Source of the DNA: Hyphomicrobiales bacterium
Lineage (GTDB): Bacteria > Pseudomonadota > Alphaproteobacteria > Rhizobiales > JACESI01
NCBI GenBank assembly: GCA_013911885.1
Contig: JACESI010000001.1
Coordinates: 242,966 to 306,965 of the forward strand
DNA: 64,000 nucleotides
Direction of reading: 5' to 3'
Below the pieces are notes generated by a model. It was not told the origin of the DNA. It saw only the letters and a list, made by a program, of their open reading frames with translations, and searched no databases. The position numbers and the translations under genes are program-made. Shown piece after piece: positions 8,819 through 18,053 of the stretch (positions within the stretch are counted from its first letter, which is position 1; every line of letters begins with the position of its first letter).

Positions 8819-9541
8819 ATGGCGCGGCAGCACCGAAAAGGCGGGCAAGAGGCAAAAATGGCGCGCGCGGCCATCGCAGGGCCGGCACGTACATGTATCG
8901 TCCACGGTGCGGTGCAATCGCCGGAGGCGATGATGCGCTTTGTGCTTGATCCGGACAGAAAGGTTGTCCCCGATCTCAAGGGAAACCTGCCCGGTCGCGG
9001 GGTCTGGGTGACGGCAAACCGCGAGGATGTTAACCTGGCGGCGCGAAAAGGGTTGTTTTCGCGTGGTTTCGGAATAAAGGTCGCCGCAGAGGAGGGCCTT
9101 GCCGATCGCGTCGAAGCCCTGCTCGAAAGTCAGAGCATGCAAGCGTTGAGCCTCGCGTCAAAGGCCGGGCTCGTGATCACGGGTTTTGAAAAGGTGCAGG
9201 CGGCGATTGCCAAAAAAGAAGCAAGGGCGGTGCTGTTTGCTTCGGATGGCGCCGCAGACGGGGTTCGCAAGTTGCGGGCCAGGATAAGAAAGTCGGTTGA
9301 GCCGGGCAAAACGTCGCCGGTCGCGACCGGGCAAAATTTAAACTCCGCGCAAATGGGCTTGGCCTTGGGGCGGTCAAATGTGATACACGCAGCACTACTG
9401 AGGGGTGGTGCAAGCGAATTGTGCCTGAAAACCTTGCGTCGGCTGGGCCGTTTCCGCGCCGAATGCAGCGTTTTGAGCGAAGGTCAGAGCGATCAGCCCG
9501 GCCTTGCCGCCGGGGACATGACGCAGTGCGAACAGAACTAG
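8819..9541 (+). CDS. YlxR/DUF448 RNA-binding protein fused to an L7Ae-like (YlxQ-like) domain
   Basis: Carries RTCIVHG...RFVLDP...PDLKGNLPGRGVWV (DUF448). Its position between nusA and infB is conserved. The start could be the TTG at 8816 or the ATG at 8819. Confidence 0.8.
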   Translation: MARQHRKGGQEAKMARAAIAGPARTCIVHGAVQSPEAMMRFVLDPDRKVVPDLKGNLPGRGVWVTANREDVNLAARKGLFSRGFGIKVAAEEGLADRVEALLESQSMQALSLASKAGLVITGFEKVQAAIAKKEARAVLFASDGAADGVRKLRARIRKSVEPGKTSPVATGQNLNSAQMGLALGRSNVIHAALLRGGASELCLKTLRRLGRFRAECSVLSEGQSDQPGLAAGDMTQCEQN

Positions 9542-9586
9542 TTGATATGTTTGCATGATGGCAAACGGGAAAGAGTGACAGAACGT

Positions 9587-12163
9587 ATGAGTGATACGAA
9601 CGATACCAGCGAGAACAAAGGCTCTGACGGCAAAAAGACACTGTCTTTGAAGCGCACGGTTGGCGGCACGGTCCGCCAGAGCTTTTCGCATGGTCGAACC
9701 AATACGGTTGTTGTTGAGACAAAGCGTCGCCGCTTTTCCACGCCGGGTGTGGCGGCCGCTCCGGAAAGCGCTGCCCCTGCGGTCGAGCCCCGCATTGCAA
9801 AACCGAGGGTTGCGACCCCGCCACCCGCGCCCCAGCCAAAACCGGCAGCAAGCGGCGGTTCGGGCGGCGCGATCCTGCGCCAGCTCTCCAGTGACGAAAA
9901 GGAAGCCCGCGCCAAGGCGCTCGCCTTTGCACGCGAACGTGAGGAAGAACGGCGCGCCCTGGAACTCGAAGAAGAAAAAGCGCGTCAGTCCCGCAGCGAG
10001 CAGGAACAGCTCGACGCCAAGCGGCGCGAAGAGGCCGAGGCCCGCCGCAAGCAGGAAGAAGAAGCCCGCGAAGCAGCCGAAATCGCCCGCGTCAAAGAAG
10101 ACGCGTCGAATGTTGCAATGACCGTCGAAGGCAATCCCGCAGCGCCCGCGCAGAAACGCATGGTCGATGAATGGGGTGGCAGCAAGTCTGAAGAAGCCAA
10201 GGGCGGCATCAAGGCTTATGAGCGTCCGAAAGCGGCTGAGCCGAAACCGGCGCGCCGGATCGAGGAGCGCCGTCGCGGCAAGCTTACTCTGACCAACGCC
10301 CTTGATGATGGCGAACGCGAGCGCTCGCTCGCCTCGATCAAACGCCAGCGCGAGCGCGAAAAGGCGCGCGCGGCGGCCGCCGCTCCGCGCGAGAAGATCT
10401 CCCGTGATGTGGTCATCCCGGAAACCATCACCATTGCCGAACTTGCAAACCGCATGGCGGAGCGGGCGGTAGACGTTGTCAAGCTGCTGATGCAGCAGGG
10501 CCAGATGATGACGGCAAGCGATATCATTGATTCCGACCTCGCGCAGCTTATCGCCGAGGAAATGGGCCACAAGGTCACCCGTGTTGCGGAATCCGACATC
10601 GAGGGCACGCTCTTCGATAAACTCGCCACCGGCAATGATGACGAGGCGGTCTCCCGTCCGCCGGTCGTCACCATCATGGGGCATGTCGACCACGGCAAGA
10701 CATCGCTTCTCGATGCCATCCGCAATGCCAACGTTGTCTCCGGCGAAGCCGGCGGCATCACCCAGCATATCGGCGCCTATCAGGTCGAGCAGGACGGCGC
10801 GAAAATCACCTTTATCGACACGCCGGGCCATGCGGCCTTTACCGCAATGCGCGCGCGCGGCGCTCAGGCGACGGATATCGTCGTTCTGGTCGTTGCCGCC
10901 GATGATGGTGTCATGCCTCAGACCATCGAGGCGATCCACCATGCGAAGGCCGCGAAAGTGCCGATCATCGTTGCCGTCAACAAGATCGACAAGCCGTCGG
11001 CGGATCCAAGCCGCGTCCGCAACGAGCTTCTGCATCATGAGGTTTTCGTCGAGACGATGGGTGGCGACGTGCTTGAGGTTGAAGTCTCGGCGCTGAAAGG
11101 CACCAATCTTGACAAGCTTCTGGAAGTCATCACGCTTCAGGCCGAGATTCTCGATCTCAAGGCCAATGTCGAGCGCGCCGCACAGGGCACCGTGATCGAG
11201 GCGAAACTCGACAAGGGCCGTGGCCCCGTTGCGACGGTTCTCGTACAGGCCGGCACGCTGCGCAATGGCGATATCGTTGTTGCCGGCGCATCCTGGGGCA
11301 AGGTGCGCGCGCTCATCGACGACAAGAATGAGCAGGTAAAGGAAGCGCTGCCATCGAAACCGGTTGAAATTCTTGGCTTCAACAGCGCACCGGAAGCGGG
11401 CGACCGTTTCGCTGTGGTCGAATCGGAAGCGAAAGCGCGTGAAATCGCCGCCTACCGCGAACGTCAGAATCGCGACAAGGCAATGGCGAAACTCACCACC
11501 CAGCGTGGTTCGCTCGAGCAGATGATGAACCAGCTTCAGACATCCGAGCTGAAGGAAATCCCGCTCGTTGTCAAAGGCGACGTGCAAGGCTCGATCGAGG
11601 CGATCATCGGCTCCATCGACAAGCTCGGGACCAAGGAAGTGGCGGGCCGGATCATTCACTCGGCTGTCGGCGGTATCACTGAATCGGATATCACCCTTGC
11701 GGCAGCGTCGAACGCGCCGATCATCGGCTTCAATGTCCGCGCCAACAAGCAGGCGCGTGATCTCGCGGCTGCGGAAGGGATTGAAATCCGCTATTACAAC
11801 ATCATCTACGATCTCGTGGACGACGTGAAAGCGGTGATGTCCGGCATGCTCACGCCGGAGCGCCGTGAGACCTTTATCGGCAATGCATCGATCCTCGAAG
11901 TCTTCAACATCACCAAAGTCGGCAAGGTCGCAGGCTGCCGCGTTACCGACGGCATTGTCGAGCGCGGGGCGGGCGTTCGCCTCATCCGCGACGATGTGGT
12001 GATCCATGAAGGTCAGCTCTCGACCCTGAAACGCTTCAAGGACGAAGTGAAGGAAGTTCATGCCGGGCAGGAATGCGGCATGGCCTTTACCAATTATCAG
12101 GATATGCGGGCAGGTGATGTGATCGAATGTTTCCGTGTCGAGCATGTCGAGCGGTCGCTCTGA
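9587..12163 (+). CDS. infB: Translation initiation factor IF-2
   Basis: GTPase motifs [17 protein letters not shown] and NKID, with a charged Lys/Glu/Ala/Arg-rich N-terminal region. I trimmed the start to the ATG at 9587 ([12 protein letters not shown]). Confidence 0.97.
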   Translation: MSDTNDTSENKGSDGKKTLSLKRTVGGTVRQSFSHGRTNTVVVETKRRRFSTPGVAAAPESAAPAVEPRIAKPRVATPPPAPQPKPAASGGSGGAILRQLSSDEKEARAKALAFAREREEERRALELEEEKARQSRSEQEQLDAKRREEAEARRKQEEEAREAAEIARVKEDASNVAMTVEGNPAAPAQKRMVDEWGGSKSEEAKGGIKAYERPKAAEPKPARRIEERRRGKLTLTNALDDGERERSLASIKRQREREKARAAAAAPREKISRDVVIPETITIAELANRMAERAVDVVKLLMQQGQMMTASDIIDSDLAQLIAEEMGHKVTRVAESDIEGTLFDKLATGNDDEAVSRPPVVTIMGHVDHGKTSLLDAIRNANVVSGEAGGITQHIGAYQVEQDGAKITFIDTPGHAAFTAMRARGAQATDIVVLVVAADDGVMPQTIEAIHHAKAAKVPIIVAVNKIDKPSADPSRVRNELLHHEVFVETMGGDVLEVEVSALKGTNLDKLLEVITLQAEILDLKANVERAAQGTVIEAKLDKGRGPVATVLVQAGTLRNGDIVVAGASWGKVRALIDDKNEQVKEALPSKPVEILGFNSAPEAGDRFAVVESEAKAREIAAYRERQNRDKAMAKLTTQRGSLEQMMNQLQTSELKEIPLVVKGDVQGSIEAIIGSIDKLGTKEVAGRIIHSAVGGITESDITLAAASNAPIIGFNVRANKQARDLAAAEGIEIRYYNIIYDLVDDVKAVMSGMLTPERRETFIGNASILEVFNITKVGKVAGCRVTDGIVERGAGVRLIRDDVVIHEGQLSTLKRFKDEVKEVHAGQECGMAFTNYQDMRAGDVIECFRVEHVERSL

Positions 12164-12231
12164 TGGCAGGGTGTCGTTAGCGGCCTTAGCAAACGCACGA
12201 CAAAGCATGCGGACGGAAGATCATGTGTGCG

Positions 12232-12261
12232 ACCGGGTGGCGAGACGATATGCCGCCCGGT
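12232..12261 (+). other. 10-bp stem-loop in the infB-downstream spacer
   Basis: ACCGGGTGGC (12232..12241) pairs with GCCGCCCGGT (12252..12261) with one G-U pair and a 10-nt loop. There is no clean T tract, only a C/T-rich tail. Confidence 0.4.
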
Positions 12262-12323
12262 TCACTTCTCCTTCTCCACAGAGCGGGCCTTCCGGGCCGC
12301 TACAAGTCTCGGTTGATCGAACC

Positions 12324-12740
12324 ATGAAAACAATTCTCAAAACCAGCCTTGTCGGGGTGATGGCGCTCTGCGTTGCGGAAACGGCAGCTTTTGCCAATGT
12401 CTGCACCGAGCTTCGGCCCGGCTGGAGCGGTGAGGCAAACGGCCTTGTCGGCGAGGCGTTCAATCTCGTGTTTTCACCCGGCGGTGTCGTGCTTCTCATC
12501 ATGGTGGCGCTTGCCATGCGCCTGCGCAATCTCTGGTTCTCCGTGGTGATTTCCGCATGCGCGGCTTTGCTTGCCGCCATCAATGTCTATACCCGCTTCA
12601 ACCCGGTCGGGATCGATGTTGAAGGGCGCCGCGAAGGCTGTATCGGCGAGCCGGGCCTTGCGATTGCGATCTTCGTGCTGCTTGCGGTGGCAACCCTGTG
12701 CTGGCAATTCTTCGGTCCGAAACGGAAATCCCTGCCATGA
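12324..12740 (+). CDS. Hypothetical small membrane protein (signal peptide plus about 3 TM segments)
   Basis: 138 aa. The N-terminus [24 protein letters not shown] looks like a signal peptide, and three hydrophobic stretches follow. Codon usage resembles the neighbouring genes. Its stop overlaps the rbfA start (ATGA at 12737..12740). Confidence 0.6.
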   Translation: MKTILKTSLVGVMALCVAETAAFANVCTELRPGWSGEANGLVGEAFNLVFSPGGVVLLIMVALAMRLRNLWFSVVISACAALLAAINVYTRFNPVGIDVEGRREGCIGEPGLAIAIFVLLAVATLCWQFFGPKRKSLP

Positions 12741-13171
12741 CCACGCCCAAGGTCCCTTCCCAGCGCCAACTCCGCATCGGCGAAATCATCCGCAAGGCGC
12801 TGTCTGAAAGTCTGACGCGGGGCGAAGTGCGTGACCCTTTGCTGGAACGCAGTGTGGTGTCGATTTCCGAGGTGAAAATGTCGCCGGATCTGAAGATCGC
12901 GACGGTCTATATCGCTCCCCTTGGTCCGCAGGATGTGCCGGCCATCGTAAAGGCGCTGGCGAGCAACGCGAAATATCTGCGCGGACGGATCGCCCGGGCG
13001 CTGACCCTGCGCTACACGCCCAATCTGCGCTTTCAGCCGGACAACAGTTTTGATGAATACGCGAAAGTCGACGCATTGCTGCGCTCGCCCGACGTCGCCC
13101 GCGATCTTGACCGCAAGACCGGCTATGACGACGGGCTGGAAAACGACCTCGAGATCGGAGAGCAAGAATAA
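12737..13171 (+). CDS. rbfA: Ribosome-binding factor A
   Basis: 144 aa with [17 protein letters not shown] and [18 protein letters not shown] blocks. I trimmed the start to the ATG at 12737. Confidence 0.93.
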   Translation: MTTPKVPSQRQLRIGEIIRKALSESLTRGEVRDPLLERSVVSISEVKMSPDLKIATVYIAPLGPQDVPAIVKALASNAKYLRGRIARALTLRYTPNLRFQPDNSFDEYAKVDALLRSPDVARDLDRKTGYDDGLENDLEIGEQE

Positions 13172-14115
13172 TGGCCCGCCGCAAGAGGGGCTTTGACACC
13201 AGCGGCTGGATCATTCTCGACAAACCGCTCGAGATGACATCGACCCAGGCTGTCGGTAAAATCAAATGGCTTTTCAACGCGAACAAGGCGGGTCATGCCG
13301 GAACGCTTGATCCGCTCGCGACAGGGCTGCTGCCGATTGCCCTTGGGGAAGCGACCAAGACCGTTCCCTTCGTCATGGATGGTGAGAAAACCTATCGTTT
13401 CACCGTGCGCTGGGGCGAGGAGACGGATACCGGTGATACCGAAGGCAGCGTGGTCGCAACATCGCCTGTGCGGCCTGAAGCGGCAGCAATCGAAACAGCG
13501 CTTGCCGCCTTCACCGGTGACATCATGCAGGTGCCGCCGACCTATTCCGCGATCCGGGTTGATGGCGAACGCGCTTATGACCGCGCCCGCGACGGCGAAG
13601 AATTCACCCTCGATGCCCGTCCGGTGATCATCTACGAATTGCGGCTGATGGAATGCCCCGATGCGGACAGCGCGATCTTCGAATGCGATTGCGGCAAAGG
13701 CACCTATGTGCGCTCGCTCGCCCGCGATATCGCGCTCGGTCTCGGCACGCGCGGCCATGTGACGGCGCTTCGGCGGCTGGCCGTCGGCCCATTCGGTGAA
13801 GACGACATGATTTCGCTGGATATGCTCGAGGAATTGCGCCATAAGACACCCGATTTCTTCGAAATGGCTTTCCATGGCCAGTTTGAAGATGTTCTCCTTC
13901 CTGTTCAGATCGCGCTGGACGACATCCCGGCATTGACCGTGAGCAGCAAGGATGCGGTACGCCTCAAGCGAGGTCAGCCCGTTTTGCTTCGCGGACGCGA
14001 CGCACCCATGATCTGCGACACGGTGAGTGTTTCATCCGACGGTTGTCTGGTGGCCCTTGGTGAAGTCGATCAGGGCATGCTGAAACCGAAGCGGATTTTC
14101 AATCTCGCCCGATAG
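13171..14115 (+). CDS. truB: tRNA pseudouridine-55 synthase
   Basis: Carries the catalytic-Asp block [23 protein letters not shown]. It overlaps the rbfA stop (TAATG). Confidence 0.96.
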   Translation: MARRKRGFDTSGWIILDKPLEMTSTQAVGKIKWLFNANKAGHAGTLDPLATGLLPIALGEATKTVPFVMDGEKTYRFTVRWGEETDTGDTEGSVVATSPVRPEAAAIETALAAFTGDIMQVPPTYSAIRVDGERAYDRARDGEEFTLDARPVIIYELRLMECPDADSAIFECDCGKGTYVRSLARDIALGLGTRGHVTALRRLAVGPFGEDDMISLDMLEELRHKTPDFFEMAFHGQFEDVLLPVQIALDDIPALTVSSKDAVRLKRGQPVLLRGRDAPMICDTVSVSSDGCLVALGEVDQGMLKPKRIFNLAR

Positions 14116-14137
14116 GGCCAACAATCAGGAGTGCCCG

Positions 14138-14407
14138 ATGTCGATTACAGCCGAACGCAAGGCGGAACTTATCAAGGAATATGCAACCAAGGACGGCGAC
14201 ACAGGCTCGCCCGAAGTGCAGGTTGCCCTGCTTTCCGAGCGCATCAACAATCTCACCGGCCATTTCAAGGATCACACCAAGGACAATCATTCCCGCCGTG
14301 GTCTTCTGAAAATGGTGAGCCAGCGCCGCCGTCTGCTTGACTATCTCAAGAACAAAGAAGAAGCGCGCTACAGCGACCTGATCGGTCGTCTCGGCCTTCG
14401 TCGCTAG
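14138..14407 (+). CDS. rpsO: 30S ribosomal protein S15
   Basis: 89 aa starting [44 protein letters not shown]. Confidence 0.98.
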   Translation: MSITAERKAELIKEYATKDGDTGSPEVQVALLSERINNLTGHFKDHTKDNHSRRGLLKMVSQRRRLLDYLKNKEEARYSDLIGRLGLRR

Positions 14408-14417
14408 CTTAAAGACC

Positions 14418-14443
14418 GGTGGCGCCTTCTGGCGTCACCTTTT
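14418..14443 (+). terminator. Intrinsic terminator/attenuator hairpin after rpsO
   Basis: GGTGGCGCC (14418..14426) pairs with GGCGTCACC (14431..14439) with one G-U pair and loop TTCT. TTTT follows at 14440..14443. The 3' arm can alternatively pair perfectly with GGTGACGCC at 14456..14464. Confidence 0.55.
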
Positions 14444-14625
14444 CATCTGGCGTCAGGTGACGCCCTGTCATGCGGACGTGCTCATGGCAGGATTGCAAGC
14501 GGCTTTGTCGAAAAGCCCCTCGTTGTCTTGCTCATGACATGCCGCCCACCGCGAGTGACGCCCAGCGCGTCCTTTGACAGCCGGGCACGCGCCCCGCGCT
14601 GTTCACATGTATGAGGATAATATCC

Positions 14626-16743
14626 ATGTTCACTGTTCACGAAGTCGAAATTGAATGGGGCGGTCGTCCGCTCAAACTGCAAACCGGCAAAATCGCGCGT
14701 CAGGCCGATGGCGCCGTGCTCGCGACTTATGGCGAGACCACTGTGCTTGCAACGATCGTTGCCGCGAAACAGCCAAAACCGGGGCAGGATTTCTTCCCGC
14801 TCACGGTCAATTATCAGGAAAAAGCCTTTGCCGCTGGCAAGATTCCGGGCGGCTATTTCAAGCGTGAGGGTCGCCCGAGCGAGAACGAGACCCTCGTTTC
14901 CCGCCTGATCGACCGTCCGATCCGCCCGCTTTTCGCGGAAGGCTTCAAATGCGATACGCAGGTTATCACCACCGTGATGTCCTACGACCTTGAAAACAAT
15001 GCTGATATCGTCGCGCTCGTCGCAGCTTCGGCCGCGCTGACGCTTTCCGGCGTGCCCTTCATGGGCCCGATCGGCGGCGCGCGCGTGGGCTTCATCGATG
15101 GCGCCTATGTCCTGAACCCGACACTCGACCAGATGGAAGACACCAGGCTCGACCTCGTGGTCGCCGGCACGGGCGACGCGGTCCTCATGGTCGAATCGGA
15201 AGCGCAGGAACTCGATGAGGCAACCATGCTCGGCGCGGTGATGTTCGGTCACCGGGAATTCCAGCCGGTGATCGACGCGATCATCAGTCTTGCCGAAAAA
15301 GCTGCGAAGGAGCCACGTGAACTCGTCGTTGAGGACAACGCGGCGCTTTATGAAAAAGTGCTCGCCATTGCAGGCAGCGGACTTTCCGATGCCTACAAAA
15401 TCACCACCAAGATGGAACGCAAGGACGCGATCGACGCGATCAAGCACCAGGTCATGATGACGCTTGCGCCGGAAGGTGGCGAAGGTGCGCCGGACAAGAC
15501 GCTGCTCGGCGATCTTTTCAAGAAGGCGGAGGCCGCCGTTGTCCGCGGCAACATCATCAAGACCGGCTCGCGCATTGATGGCCGCGACCTTACGACCGTG
15601 CGCCAGATCGTATCCGAGGTCGGCCTTCTGCCCCGCACGCATGGCTCTGCACTGTTTACCCGCGGCGAGACCCAGGCCTTCGTGGTTGCGACGCTGGGCA
15701 CCGGGGATGACGAACAATACATCGATTCCCTCGAAGGCACCCGGAAGGAAAACTTTCTGCTGCACTACAACTTCCCGCCGTTCTCGGTCGGGGAGACCGG
15801 CCGCATCGGCTCTCCGGGCCGCCGCGAAATCGGCCATGGTAAACTTGCATGGCGCTCGATCCATCCGATGTTGCCGGAAAAGCATGACTTCCCCTATACG
15901 CTGCGCGTTGTATCGGAAATCACTGAATCGAACGGCTCATCGTCGATGGCAACAGTCTGCGGCACTTCGCTCGCGCTGATGGATGCGGGTGTGCCGCTGA
16001 AGCGCCCGGTTGCCGGTATCGCGATGGGTCTCATCAAGGAAGGCGACGATTTCGCCGTCCTGTCCGATATTCTGGGTGATGAAGACCATCTCGGCGACAT
16101 GGATTTCAAAGTGGCGGGCACCGAACAAGGCATCACCGCACTGCAGATGGACATCAAGATCGACGGCATCACCGAAGAGATCATGAAAGTCGCCCTCGAC
16201 CAGGCAAAAGGCGGCCGCCTGCATATTCTGGAGCGGATGCGCGATGCGCTGTCGGAATCCCGCTCGAGTGTCGGCGAATTCGCGCCGCGCATCGAGGTCA
16301 TGACTATTCCGACCGACAAGATCCGCGAAGTGATCGGCACCGGCGGAAAGGTCATCCGCGAAATCGTCGAGAAAACCGGGGCGAAGGTCAATATCGAGGA
16401 TGACGGCACCGTCAAAATTTCGTCCTCCGACGGCAAAGCGATCGAGGCCGCAGTAAAATGGATCAAGTCGATCACGATGGAACCGGAAGTTGGCCAGATC
16501 TACGAAGGCACCGTGGTCAAAACCGTCGATTTCGGCGCATTCGTCAATTTCTTCGGCGCGAAGGATGGTCTCGTCCATATTTCGCAGCTTTCGAACGGTC
16601 GTCCGGAAAAATCCAGCGATGTTGTCAAGGAAGGCGACAAGGTCTGGGTCAAGCTGATGGGCTTTGACGAGCGCGGCAAGGTACGTCTGTCGATGAAAGT
16701 GGTCGATCAGGCAACCGGTCAGGAAATCGCCCGCGAGGAATAG
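14626..16743 (+). CDS. pnp: Polyribonucleotide nucleotidyltransferase (PNPase)
   Basis: 705 aa with two RNase PH domains ([18 protein letters not shown]), a KH domain ([11 protein letters not shown]) and an S1 domain ([20 protein letters not shown]). I trimmed the start to the ATG at 14626. Confidence 0.98.
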   Translation: MFTVHEVEIEWGGRPLKLQTGKIARQADGAVLATYGETTVLATIVAAKQPKPGQDFFPLTVNYQEKAFAAGKIPGGYFKREGRPSENETLVSRLIDRPIRPLFAEGFKCDTQVITTVMSYDLENNADIVALVAASAALTLSGVPFMGPIGGARVGFIDGAYVLNPTLDQMEDTRLDLVVAGTGDAVLMVESEAQELDEATMLGAVMFGHREFQPVIDAIISLAEKAAKEPRELVVEDNAALYEKVLAIAGSGLSDAYKITTKMERKDAIDAIKHQVMMTLAPEGGEGAPDKTLLGDLFKKAEAAVVRGNIIKTGSRIDGRDLTTVRQIVSEVGLLPRTHGSALFTRGETQAFVVATLGTGDDEQYIDSLEGTRKENFLLHYNFPPFSVGETGRIGSPGRREIGHGKLAWRSIHPMLPEKHDFPYTLRVVSEITESNGSSSMATVCGTSLALMDAGVPLKRPVAGIAMGLIKEGDDFAVLSDILGDEDHLGDMDFKVAGTEQGITALQMDIKIDGITEEIMKVALDQAKGGRLHILERMRDALSESRSSVGEFAPRIEVMTIPTDKIREVIGTGGKVIREIVEKTGAKVNIEDDGTVKISSSDGKAIEAAVKWIKSITMEPEVGQIYEGTVVKTVDFGAFVNFFGAKDGLVHISQLSNGRPEKSSDVVKEGDKVWVKLMGFDERGKVRLSMKVVDQATGQEIAREE

Positions 16744-16776
16744 TCGCAAAAGACCGCACCAGATCATGCAATGCAC

Positions 16777-16811
16777 GAAAGCCCGGAAATCGTTCCGGGC
16801 TTTCGCTTTTC
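16777..16811 (+). terminator. Intrinsic terminator after pnp
   Basis: A perfect 12-bp stem, GAAAGCCCGGAA (16777..16788) with TTCCGGGCTTTC (16793..16804), closes loop ATCG. The tail is GCTTTTC. Confidence 0.8.
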
Positions 16812-17010
16812 TTGAGGTTTTTTTACCCTTTGCTTCGCGCCCGACGCAAATCCACGCCTTGTCGGACCGATTCTGCTGGCTAGGCTCGATTTGGTCTTGA
16901 ATTTCAGATTGTTTCAGGTTGCTATGCCTCCGGCTCAAAGGAAAGTCCGGATTGAGGAAGGTGCCGCACTGCTGCTTGCCGGGCCAAAACAATCTAACTT
17001 GGAGGAAATC

Positions 17011-17967
17011 ATGACATATTCGGTTACAAAAATTGGCCTTGCGGGCGCGGTTGCGCTGTCGCTTGGCTTTTCTGCCGCTTCGGTGAAGGCAGAGGAATTC
17101 ATCAATGTTCTGACCGGCGGGACCTCGGGCGTTTACTATCCGCTCGGTGTTGGCCTGTCGAAAATCTATGGCGAGAAAATTCCAGGTGTCCGCGCACAGG
17201 TTCAATCGACCAAGGCATCTGTCGAGAATCTCAACCTGATCCAGCAGGGCAAGGGGGAGATCGCGTTCGCGCTTGGCGATTCCGTCAAACTCGCCTGGGA
17301 GGGCGATGCGGAAGCCGGCTTCAAGGCGAAACTCGACAAGTTACGCGGTATTGCAGCCGTCTATCCGAACTACATTCAGATCGTTGCATCGAAGGAAAGC
17401 GGCATCACCGATTTTGCCGGTCTCAAAGGCAAGGGCCTTTCTGTCGGTGCACCAAAATCCGGCACCGAGCTTAACGCCCGCAAGATTTTCGAGGCAGCAG
17501 GCTCCTCCTACAGCGATCTTGGCAAGACAGAATTCCTGCCCTTTGCAGAATCGGTCGAATTGATCAAAAACCGCCAGCTTGATGCGACACTTCAGTCGGC
17601 GGGCCTCGGCGTTGCCTCGATCAAGGATCTTGCGACATCGGTCGATATCAACGTTGTAGCGATTCCGTCCGATGTCGTGGCGAAACTCGGCTCGCCCTAT
17701 ATCGCGGCCACAATTCCGGCGGGAACCTATAAGGGCCAGGACAAGGATGTCCCGACCGTTGCTGTCGGCAACTTCCTGATTACCGGCGCTGACGTCTCGG
17801 AGGAGACCGCCTATCAGATGACCAAGCAGCTGTTTGAAAATCTGCCGGACATGGTGGCAGCCCATAAGGCGGCGACAGCGATCAGCATCGAAAAAGCCCT
17901 GGAGGGCATGCCTGTGCCTCTGCATCCGGGTGCAGAGCGCTACTACAAGGAAAAAGGCCTGCTCTAG
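17011..17967 (+). CDS. TRAP transporter solute receptor, TAXI family
   Basis: 318 aa with a signal peptide (MTYSVTKIGLAGAVALSLGFSAASVKA) and TAXI blocks LTGGTSGVYYPLG and YPNYIQIVA. GGAGG lies 6 nt upstream of the ATG at 17011. Confidence 0.9.
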   Translation: MTYSVTKIGLAGAVALSLGFSAASVKAEEFINVLTGGTSGVYYPLGVGLSKIYGEKIPGVRAQVQSTKASVENLNLIQQGKGEIAFALGDSVKLAWEGDAEAGFKAKLDKLRGIAAVYPNYIQIVASKESGITDFAGLKGKGLSVGAPKSGTELNARKIFEAAGSSYSDLGKTEFLPFAESVELIKNRQLDATLQSAGLGVASIKDLATSVDINVVAIPSDVVAKLGSPYIAATIPAGTYKGQDKDVPTVAVGNFLITGADVSEETAYQMTKQLFENLPDMVAAHKAATAISIEKALEGMPVPLHPGAERYYKEKGLL

Positions 17968-17989
17968 TCTCGGCCTGATCCAATATCTG

Positions 17990-18021
17990 TCCGGGGCGGA
18001 TCGCGCTTGATCCGCCCCGGA
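17990..18021 (+). other. Perfect 13-bp intercistronic stem-loop between the TAXI receptor and permease genes
   Basis: TCCGGGGCGGATC (17990..18002) pairs with GATCCGCCCCGGA (18009..18021) around a 6-nt loop. No T tract follows. Confidence 0.7.
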
Positions 18022-18053
18022 TCAAACATGAGGCGAGACGGGGAGGGAAGCCT

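Noticed and set aside
9395-12208. A very long antisense ORF (937 aa) lies opposite infB. Similar shadow ORFs lie opposite nusA (6829..8103), pnp (14482..15885 and 15937..17205), comM (45723..47018), glnD (52886..54352) and murJ (55363..57147).
   Set aside because: Each fully overlaps a clearly conserved gene on the other strand. Their translations are low-complexity (R/A/G/H/D-rich) with no recognisable motifs or RBS. Long stop-free antisense frames are expected in GC-rich DNA.
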